NCBI GenBank assembly: GCA_043228905.1 | Contig: JBHGNT010000003.1 | Location: 2,046,001 to 2,110,000 of the forward strand | Length of the DNA: 64,000 bases | Source of the DNA: Azolla caroliniana | Taxonomy: Eukaryota; Plantae; Polypodiophyta | Direction of reading: 5' to 3' | Shown here: piece by piece, positions 49,511 through 60,276 of the stretch | How positions within the stretch are numbered: the stretch's first letter is position 1 | How the letters are laid out: every line of letters begins with the position of its first letter | The notes under the pieces: model-generated | The model's database searches: none | Told to the model about the DNA's origin: nothing | The model's input: only the letters and a program-made list of their open reading frames with translations | Position numbers and translations under genes: made by a program

Positions 49511-49892
49511 TGTTGAATGTTTAACCATTGTAATAACATATATGATATGTAATTATAATAATTATTTTTAGCGATTACAAGAAATTTGGAATATTCTAGA
49601 ACATTCTAGATTATTCTAGAATGTTCTTGAATATTTCATGATTATATTTATTATCATAAATATCTAAAATATTCTAGAATACTCGATAAGGATCTATAAA
49701 TAGGTGCCTATACATTACATCACAACTCGTTTGGTTCAACACCAGTCTTTAGCCCTTAGCCTACTCTTTGTAACCTTGTTTTCTCATAATATAATACAAT
49801 TTCCATTCTCTCTCTCTCTCTCTCTCTCTCTCCTACTCACGAGTCACGACAACTACTAATCTCTTGTATTATTACTCTATTGATTCTCTTCA
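49511..49892 (+). repeat. Probable copia-type solo LTR remnant
   Basis: TGTTG..TTCA ends, TTCTAGA repeats, CTATAAATAG, (CT)n. No clean TSD. Confidence 0.5.
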
Positions 49893-50959
49893 ATGGCTAC
49901 CATCTAAGGCTGGACAAGAATGGAAAGTACATAACTTTAATTATGGATGGTGGTAGATCTTAAATGTAGTTGAAATTCTAAATCGCCACTTGTAGCGAAG
50001 GTCTTCATCTGGAGAGTTTTGATTGGGGTTTGTCTTGGGATTAGCTCTAAAGCACATGGACTAGCAACAGGCAATTGTTTCTTTTTCATTATTCAACCGG
50101 AAGATAGTACTCATCATTCACAATGCGTGAAGTGTGATCATCCACATTTTTTCCCATGTCATGAATATATATATCTAGAGAGACAAAGAGTTTAGATGGA
50201 TGTAGCTTAGTTGGTAAGGTTGTCCAACGGAGACTAGAAGGTCATGTATATGGTCATAGGTGTTGAGAAACAAAAAGCAACATTTTGATCCTTGATCTAG
50301 ATACTTAGTTTGGCATATTTTGTTTGGCCAACCCAAATGCGTCTCCAATAGCATTTAAAATGTCGATAATACAATAGAAAATCAAAGTGCAAAATTACAA
50401 ATTTTCAAAGCATGAGTGGTCAATTGAAGAAAGAAATTGCAGAAGATCTTATTGTACTAATCAATTAACTTTACAACTTATACAAATATAGCAAATAAAT
50501 GAATTGGATAGATATGTATATAATCAAGGACAAGGTGTTATACCTTAGGCTGCTAATGGTGTAGGGTTCCTTTATACAACACACTTTTTTTTTTTCATAA
50601 AAATTACCCTCCATTAGTATTAAGATTAAAGTAGCCAAAGGCAAGATACAAAATAATCCAACATTACAATGAATAATGTGTAGCCAATCTTTCTAGATAA
50701 AGATAAAGGCAAGATACAAGATAATATCGGTGAACTTCTCCCTAAGTAATATTGTTGCCCTACCAGCGTCCATATCACCAAGTAATGTTGATGCCATGCC
50801 AAAGCCCCTAGCATCAATTCCATCGTATTCAACATGTAGTGATATATCTTCTTTCACAATGATTCCTTGATCGCTACTACATGTAAGATTTCATCATATC
50901 CAAATGATCCAAATGAGCCTACCATATGAAAATACTAGTTCTCTACTCAATCCACTCCC

Positions 50960-52160
50960 CTCAGACCCTCATGAAAATTTGCTTCTGCCTCTGCCACCAT
51001 CTTCTCTCATCGTTGTATAAACTAAAAACAAATAAATGTGCTTCAAAATATTTCCACATCAGCCATCTCTCCATTTTCCATGAAATTCTTGTATAGACAA
51101 CAAAGAAAAAATTAGTTGTCCTCATCCACTCATGACATTTTGCTTCAATCCTCGACAACATCCTCACTCATCCTTTCAAAAATAAATCAGCTTCCTTTTC
51201 CACAACATCCATCTTGCCAGTTATTGCCCACGTCGTGAATCTCTCTATTTTCAGCAATTTCCTATACATACACAAAACAGAATTAATCCACTCTCCTCAC
51301 CCTCATAAAACCTTGCTTCTACCTCCGCCACCATCTTCACTCATCATTCTGAAAACTGAAAGTAAATAAGACTGCTTCAAAAACTTCCACATCAACTATC
51401 TCTCCATTTTGCATCAAGATCCTGTTGCCATTCATCACCCAAGTCCTGTACCTACAAAAAACACAGAATGAATCCACTCTCCTGAAACCCTCATGAAACC
51501 TTGCTTCTACCTCCACCACCATCTTCACTCATCCTTCCAAAATTAAATCAGCTTCATTTTCCACTACAAGCATCTTGCCATTCATCTCCCGAGTCCTGTA
51601 CCTACAAAAACTAGAATGAATCCATTCTCCTCAAACCCACATGAAACCTTGCTTCGGGCTCCGCCACCATCTTCACTCATCCTTTCAAAATAAATCAGCT
51701 TCGTTTTCCACTACAACCATCCTGTCATTCATCACCCGAGTTCTGTACCTACAAAAAGAAGACCAGAATGAATCCACTCTCCTCAAAACCTTAAGAAACC
51801 TTGCTTCAGCCTCCGCCACCATCTTCACTCGTCATTCTAAAAACTGAAAATAAATAAGTTTGCTTCAAAAAAAACTTCCACATCAAAACAGCTCGCCATT
51901 TTGCATCAAAATCCTCTCCACTTTCAACACTTTCCTATATATATACACTCCTTAGACCATCATGAAAATTTGTATTTGCCTCCATCCCCATCTTCATTCA
52001 TCGTTCTAAAAGTTATAATACCTAAATCTGCTTCAAAATAATTCCACAACAACCCTCTCGTCATTTTCACCAAGTTCCTGTATAGACAACAAACAAAATG
52101 AATGAACTGTCCTCATGAAATTTTGCTTCAACCCTCAACAACATCCTCACTCATCTTTGC
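50960..52160. repeat. Degenerate tandem array, about 8 units of ~150-190 bp
   Basis: Core CATGAAACCTTGCTTC..CCTCCGCCACCATCTTCACTCATC recurs near 50968, 51130, 51301, 51490, 51639, 51790, 51960 and 52112. Confidence 0.8.
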
Positions 52161-52199
52161 CATGTTGTATACACTAAGAATGTTGTTGGTGGCGGAAAC

Positions 52200-54410
52200 A
52201 ACCAACGAGGTGGAACGTAATTTCAATTTACATCATCACCTGCATCCAACAAAATAGGAATAACTGCCCAGACTCTACGAATTCTTCTTCTTTTCCGGTT
52301 ACCTTTATTTCCATCACCCTTATAACTATCATACTCACCTTTTACTGTATGTATCAGTAATTCCCAAAAGTTCTTAACCTTATCCACAACATGAATTTGT
52401 TCATCATTGTATAGTTTAGAACATCTCTCTTTCCACAAAACCCATAGGGCCAAAGAGGGAACAATCTGCCAAACATAACACCGCGAGAAGAACTTGATTC
52501 CCGGTACGGAGTTGGAAATAGAGTACACCTAAAAACTTTTTCCCTATAAAGTCAATGAAGAATTATGATAATGATAAAAAGCCTTTTGTTGATCCAACGT
52601 TCCCCAAATACTCCACCCCACGTGAAAATGGTTGACCTATACTTACGACCTAATAACCTAAGAATTCGAAACCAAAAACTTTTGGCCGCAACACATTCCC
52701 AAAAAACATGATGCAATGTCTCAACTGCAAACCCACACATAACACATGATCTGTGAGGCATTGTTCCCCTCAATAAACCTCCTACTGGCAAGGCGTAATG
52801 AATCATCAATCATCGAAAATGTAATACCTTATTCATACACTTAAGTGACCAAAATTGTTTCCAGAACTTCAACATATGCGAGGATGACACATTACCTTCC
52901 TCCCAATATTTTTTGTACCGATTCAATCTGATTCAAAAGAAAATTCCTTCCAAACGCCACAGAATATGTGAAGAATGGGAGGACCTTCATTTGCGAAGTG
53001 TCGGATCTGGACAACTTCCAACCATAATCAGTCAGATCCCAATGCAAATCAGCAATTGGCCTAGATTGTAAAACCCAAATATTAGATGAATATTGAGCAA
53101 TTAAGGGATTAGGATCTATAAGGATCTTTTTATCTAATCGAGCAATTACTCGCACTAGTAACTGATTTGCAAAAGACATAATTGGAGCCTCCTCCTCCAC
53201 TGCAAACAGTCTACCATTATCCAGAACTTCATAAAAATAAAGGCTACCATTTTGATGGTATAAACGATCTCCTATAAGTATATTAAGAGTTGAAAACATA
53301 TTGTACCAATTCTGAAAATGGTTGAACTGCATAGTTGGCATTGTTACCTGAAATACTGTGGACACTTGAGAGAACATAATATTTGCCCCTCTTAAATTAT
53401 ACAACCTATTCCACTAGTCCTGCGCTGAAGTCTCTGAAAACTTTGGCCACCTCGCAACCGTACGGGTGGGGCCACTATCCAATGTCGCCCCCGTAAACCC
53501 AAAACACATGCAACTTCATCAGTAAATAAAGGATTCCATAACAATGGTTGACGCATGAATTGAGAACGATTTTTTGGTGGCAAGAAAACAAGTGCTTGAT
53601 GAATACTTTCCCATGCATGACTTGTTCCATTAAAGAATCGTAAAGACGCAACAGGTGACTTAGGTAAAGGAAAATCCGAATTAAAGAACCATCTAAGACT
53701 ATCCCTCCATTGACCACCTACCGATGGCTTAAACTTATGTAAATGAAGAATCCATAACTTTTTCCATAATTCCTCTCCAGGCAATAAACTTCTAACAACA
53801 TGTTTAGTTAGTAATGCCTTACTTTGCATTAAGGGATCAATCAAACCTAAACCTCCTTTCTGTTTAGACTGTATAAGAACCGACCAAGCGACCTTTGCTA
53901 CAGGAGTGTGTGAACTAGCATTCCCCCAAATAAAATTTCGTACTAGACGTTGAACTTTAAGCATTACTGACCTAGAAAACAACCATGTAGATGCAATATA
54001 CCAAATCGAGGACAAAAGCACCGAATTTGCAACAACTACACGTCCTGCTAAGGACAACTTTTCCTTATTCTAGTATATTAACTTATTTCTTAATCTTAAC
54101 AACAAAGCTGCTATCATATCTTCTGCATTTAATCCCAAACCCACTCTACATCCTAGATACCTAATAGAATGACCTGAACTAAATACATTAATTGGCAGAT
54201 CTCCCTTAGCCACCCAAAAACTTGATGATTTATCCCAATTAATCAATGCACCCGATGCCTGTGAGAAGTCATCCATAGCTTTTTGAACCTGCAATAAATT
54301 AACTTGTGAGGCTTGAACATAGAGAGTTGTATCATCAACAAACTCACTATCCATGACAACATCTGCAAATGGTAGTGCTAAACCTTTGATATTTACATTC
54401 TGAGAATTTA
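52200..54410 (-). mobile_element. 5'-truncated L1/Tx1-type LINE (RT C-terminus to zf-RVT), degenerate
   Basis: FVDDTTLY..INWDKS, LSLAGRVVVANSVL..KGGLGL and CVMCGFAVETLHHVFWEC in successive ORFs. Confidence 0.88.
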
Positions 54411-55609
54411 AATGTACCTTTGATATACAACACACATTTGCACACAAATATGTAGCTTTAAGGCTTTATTTCATGAATGGATGGTAACTCGAAAAGAGCA
54501 AGGTGATCCACAATGGGGGGGGTGGGGGGGGTTATTGTAATGGAATACATCAATGATATGGTTGGTATCTATACTTCCTTTATGTACCATACAAGTTTTC
54601 ATAACATGTGGGTTATTTATTAAGAGGTTCAAGGATTTACTTAGAAACGTTTCTTGCATTCTTTTAAATGTTATAATAATGTTAGAAGTTTAATAATGAA
54701 TTACGGAATTGAGAGTGCACACGTGACTGTGAAACAAAATCTTGCTAGGATTGGGTTTGTTCAAAGATGTGTGGAAAGCTTTTTTGGATGTAGTCAAAGT
54801 TAGAACGTTGTCGTGAAGATTTTCGGCAACGGCGTGAAAATTATGTGCAACAAACGAAATCAAGAAGGTGCAATGTGCACTTGAGAAAGGGGTGAAGGCC
54901 ACACGCATATGCTAGCATGTTGTAAATAGTACTGAAATGAGAATCGTAAAAGAAAAGCTAGATATAAAGTTAAACATGTGCACGTGTGATGTGCGCTAAA
55001 TTGTAAATATAAACAATGAGACTAAAGCCTAGTAACATTTAAGTTCATACATAGGGGTGGAAGCCAGGCTTGAACATTGCACCTCCAATGAAGGAGACAA
55101 ATTAACTTACCACTAAAGCCACTACTAAGTGCTTTAGAATTTGTATATTTTCTTTTCATATTCTGTATTTTGTAGGAAGCCAACATATAGAAACCGTGGG
55201 CACAAAACCATGGTTTTAGCCCATGGTTTTAGCCCGTCGGTTTAGCCCATGGTTTTTGCATGGAGAGACCTATAAAAGCCTATAGTGCGGCTTGTGTAAG
55301 GAGGCAATTGATGTAAGTAAAAAAGAAACTTTTAATCAAAGATTAGAGTTATCCTAATGGTGATGTATCTTGTCTCGTAAAACTAAAGTCAAGGGTTCAA
55401 TATCTATCTCAATCTCTATCTCTCTTCATCCATGTATCTATCTTCAATACTTTCTCGCTTACGCTGCTAAAAACATCAAATCCTTCCGGTCCAGGACGCC
55501 GGTTGTCCCGCTTCATTTCACGAACACGCGGGGATTAACTCCACATCTTACTTGGTGAACCTGATGTGAAAAAGCAATAGGAAGGATCAAGACAAGGATC
55601 GACGAATAC

Positions 55610-57832
55610 TTGGAGATGGCATCCTCAAGAAATCAATTGGGAGAGTTCGAAAGAATGATGATAATCTTCGAACAAATGATGAGATCTCGGGACAACAATG
55701 CGAGCATGGAGAAGGCCGTCAACCGTGTCATGGAGATCGAGGGTCAATTTGATGGAAAGAACATTACGAAGTTCCTGGATGTATACAAAAGGGAGATAAA
55801 TCAAAGGGACGTGTCTGAAGCACGTTAAATCTCGAGTTTCAAGTGAGTTGTCGTCAACAACGTCTAAAGACGGGTCATCGAGCTTCAAGAAAGGAAGACA
55901 ACATGGTCAAAGTTCGAAAGAGAAATATTAGTGGAGTTCGCGACGGAAGACTTGACGAGAATGACTCGACATGCCTTGATGAAGTGGATAGAAAAGAAGA
56001 ATAAGAGGATGAGCGCTTCGAGGGTGTACGACGAGTTCGACCAAATGTTTCGTCGTCTCCCCACGACAGACCAAGTGTTGCTTGAGGAGGACAAGACTTT
56101 GTACTTCTTGAAAGCTGTAGACATGAAGGATAGACGAGAATTGGGGACTCTTCTTGAAGATAATACCCAAGCGAACGAGCTTGTGGTGGACTAGGTTACG
56201 GTGAATCGAGCATGCAACAAGATTGACAGGCGTTATCAATGGCTTGATGACATTGACTTGGTAAGGCCAAGCGTAGAAACATCAAGACCACCTAAAGAAG
56301 TGGAGCTGCCTAAACAAAGCAACCTACATGAAAAGAAGATTGATGATGACTCGAGGACGGAGAAGGCCACTTCGAGGGAGGATGAATGTTTCGGAATGCA
56401 CGTCGTGTTCGAAACATCGGATGATGAAGGAGCAAGCCTATTAATCGAAGCTTGCATCAATGGAGATAAACAGTACAAGGCTAGTGTAATTGAGGATCTA
56501 GCCGCTAAAGACGACATCGAGGAGGTGACTATCAACAAGACGACAAGCATCGACAACGGACATGGCCGGATTTTATCCACACATGCTCCAGAGACTTGGG
56601 CAGTTGCGTTCAAGAACCAACGTGAGACCCAAGAGATGGAAGGTGTCGGCGAGGAGCCGAAGGTCGAAACAAATACATGCCACGAAGAGAGAAGGATAAT
56701 CGAATCCTGTTCGATCAAGAGGGTCAATAGGTGCGACACCCATGCGATTGAAGAGATAGCCACGAAAAACGACATCAAGTCGGAGATAGCTATGGACGAG
56801 TCGATGACGGATGGTCATGTGGAGACTTTCCTAACACTTCATCTAGAGATTTGGGCAATTGCGTCTGGGAACAAAAATGAGACCCAAGAGACGGATGGTG
56901 GCGAAAAGGAAGAAAAGGACCAAGATAATACAGACAATGACGACGGCCGAATTTTGCCCTCATTGGTTCCAGAAACTTGGGCAGTTGCGTCCGAGAACCA
57001 ACAGAAGACCCGAGAGACGGAAGGTGGCAACAAGGGGGAGTTCCAATCTAATGTGAAACATGACATCAAAACAAAGGTGTCAAAGGCGATTGACCAAAGA
57101 CAAATGGAATCCTCCACACATGTTCTAGAGACTTGGGCAGTTTTGGTTCAAAGCCAACGTGAGACCCAAGAGACAAAAGGTGATGGCGGGGAAGCCAAGG
57201 TTCAAGCCAACACAAATAACGATGTCGACGCGTGGCCGACAAATACATATGGATCTCTCCACACTCGTTCTGGAGACTTTGCCATTAACCGATGTAAGAC
57301 CCAAGTGAAGGACAGTGACGAGGAGGAAGCAAGGGTCGAAGCTGATGTGTGGGGAAAAGAGGCCAAGCAAAGCACAACAAAAAAAGACGAGGGCCAGGTG
57401 GGTCAAGAAGATTTAAAGGGTATTTCTCAAGATATTGATGTTACATTCAACTTGAAGGTGGACACTATCAATGTTAAGATCAAGGAATCAATGGAGAACT
57501 CTGACATAAGAAGAAACCACAAAGATGGACAAAGTGGGAAACATGAAAAATGGTCACGTAAGGATCTCGACATGGGCATACACTTGAAGATACTACATGG
57601 GGTATTCAATGCCAATATTCAACTAATAACTTGTGGAGGAAGACAAAAAACAAAACTACATGATGGGTCAAAGTGCTTTGATGAAGGAGATGGTTGGAAC
57701 GAAGGTGGAACATGCATAAAGCGTAAACGGTTATTCTCGGAAGGAGAACAAGGGGCCATGACAACTGGTCATGGTAAATCAAAGAATGAGAGAATGATAT
57801 GGTGGATTGGGTGGCGACAATGGTTCGAGTGA
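55610..57832 (+). pseudogene. ~740-codon gag-like frame: capsid-like domain plus acidic repeat domain
   Basis: ORFs 55610, 55931 and 56201 are in one frame, broken only by in-frame stops. GQFDGKNITKFL resembles the C gag. ETWAV repeats follow. Confidence 0.8.
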
Positions 57833-58550
57833 AAGGAATAGATATGCTTGAAATGGAGGAATTGTAACGATCAACGTAGCCGAAATCTCACACTCTCTCT
57901 TCTTGGCACGTACTAGAGGACGTGCAGTTTGGTGGGGGTGGATGTCGTGAAGATTTTCGGGAACGATGGAAAAATTGGGTGCAACAAACGAAATCAAGAA
58001 GGTGCAATGTGCACGTGAGAAAGGGGTGAAGGCCACACGCATATGCTAGCATGTTGTAAATAGTACTGAAATGAGAATCGTAAAAGAAAAGGTAGATGTA
58101 AATTTAAACATGTGCACGTGTGATGTGCGCTCAATTGTAAATATAAAAAATGAGACTAAAGCCTAGTAACATTTAAGTGCATACATAGGGTTGAAAACAA
58201 GGCTTGAACCTTGTACCTTCAAGGAAGGAGACAAATTAACGTACCACTAAAGCCACTATTGAGTGCTGTAGAATTTGTATATTTTCTTTTCATATTCGAT
58301 ATTTTGTAGGAAGCAAACATATAGAAACCGTGGGCACAAAACCATGGTTTTAGCCCATGGTTTCAGACCATGGTTTTAGCCCGTGGGTTTAGCCTATGGT
58401 TTTTGCATGGAGAGAACTATAAAAGCCTATAGTGGGGCTTGTGTAAGGAGGCAAGTGATGTAAATAAAAAAGAAACTTTTAATCAAAGATTAGATTTATC
58501 CTAATGGTGATGTATTTGTAAAACTAAAGTGAAGGGTTCAATATCTATCT

Positions 58551-58596
<46 letters not shown>

Positions 58597-58742
58597 ATCC
58601 ATATCTCTATCTTCAATACTTTCTCCTTTACGCTGCTAAAAACATCAAATCCTTCTGGTCCAGGACCCCGATGGTCTTGCTGCATTTCGCGAACACGCGA
58701 GGATTTGCACAACATCTTACTTGGTGAACCCGATGTGAAGAA

Positions 58743-60276
58743 GTGGTAGGAAGGGTCAAGACAAGGATCGACGAATACTTGGAGATGGCATCCTCAAGCA
58801 ATCAAGCGGGAGAGTTCGAGAGAATGATGATAATCTTCGAACAAATGATGAGATCTCGGGACAACGATGCGAGTGTGGAGAAGGCCGTCAACCGTGTCGT
58901 GGAGATCGAGGGTCAATTTGATGGAAGGAACATTACGAAGTTCCTGGATGTATACAAAAGGGAGATGAATCAAAGGCACGTGTCTGAAGCACGTCAAATC
59001 TCGAGTTTCAAGTGAGTTGCCGCCAACAACGTCTAAAGACGAGTCATCGAGCTTGAAGAAAGGAAGACAACGTGGTCAAAGTTCGAAAGAGCAATATTAG
59101 CGGAGTTCGCGACGGAAGACTTGACGAGAATGACTCGACATGCCTTGATGAAGTGGATAGAAAAGAAGAATAAGAGCATGAGCGCTTCGAGGGTGTACGA
59201 CAAGTTCGACCAAATGTTTCGTAGTCTCCCTGCTACAAACCAAGTGCTGCTTGAGGAGGACAAGACTTTGTACTTCTTGAAAGCTGTAGACATGAAGGAT
59301 AGACGAGAATTGGGGACTCTTCTTGAAGATGATACCCAAGCAAACGGGCTTGTGGCGAACTGGGTTGCGATGAAGCGAGCATGCAACAAGATTGACATGC
59401 GTCATCAATGGCTTGATGACATTGACTTGGTAAGGCCAAGCGTAGAAACATCAAGACCACCTAAAGAAGTGGAGTTGCCTAAACAAAGCAACCTACATGA
59501 AAAGAAGATTGATGATGACTCGAGGATGGAGAAGGCCACTTCAAGGGAGGATGAATGTTTCAGAATGCAAGTCATGTTCGAAACATCGGATGATGAAGGG
59601 GCAAGCCTAATCGAAGCTTGCATCAATGGAGATAAAGAGTACGAGGCTAGTGTAATTGAGGATCTAGCCGCTAAAGACGATATCGAGGAGGTGACTATGA
59701 ACAAGACAACAAGCGTCGACAACGACCATGGCAAGATTTTGTCCACACATGCTCCAGAAACTTGGGCAGTCGTGTCCAAGAACCAACGTGACACCCAAGA
59801 GACCGAAGGTGTTAGCGAGGATCCGAAGGTCGAAACGAATACATGCCACAAAGAGAGAAGGATAATCGAAGCTTGTCAAAAAGGATGATGGAGTTTCTAA
59901 GACAAGGGAAAAGACGAAATGAAGCCCAACAAGCCGTCAAGAGGGTAGTCGAGCGAGTGAGCTATTTCAATGGCGCTGAAGTCCAAATTTTTCTAAAAGT
60001 CTACAATTCGGAGATGGATTCAAGAGGTGTGGACGAAGCTATGAGGCTGGAGTACTTTTGTCGGGTGGTGTCTCAACCGATCTTCAAAGATGTAAAAGAG
60101 CTTCTACAAGCTCATGATTCATGGGCGACTTTCGAGAAGGCTCTATTGGAGGAATATGGCTATGAGAGACTAAAGGGACGAGATCTACACAGCTTCGACC
60201 AATGGGTGACATCGGCGAAGACCCACCAAGGCGCGACACAAGCATTCGTAGACTTTGAGCGTCGTTTTTCTCAACT
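58743..60276 (+). pseudogene. Second copy of the H gag-like frame, running into a second capsid-like segment
   Basis: Near-duplicate of 55580-56710. From ~59885 it reads QQAVKRVVERVSYFNG.., homologous to the G gag. Confidence 0.78.

Larger units (their letters stand above)
54809..60276 (+). mobile_element. Non-autonomous gag-only gypsy derivative H in tandem (LTR-int-LTR-int)
   Basis: LTRs 54809-55545 and 57943-58714, each followed by a Trp-type PBS (55553, 58722). PPT 57927-57942. The internal region repeats after LTR2. No pol. Confidence 0.9.

Noticed and set aside
50198-50265. tRNA gene or SINE head (TAGCTTAGTTGG A box)
   Set aside because: No recognisable B box or cloverleaf. At most a decayed SINE.
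50960-52160. Possible CRISPR-like array
   Set aside because: Units are degenerate, the intervening sequences are themselves repetitive, there are no cas genes, and the context is eukaryotic.
56201-57832. env-like gene or host gene
   Set aside because: No signal peptide or clear transmembrane segment. It is in frame with gag-like sequence and bounded by PBS and PPT.
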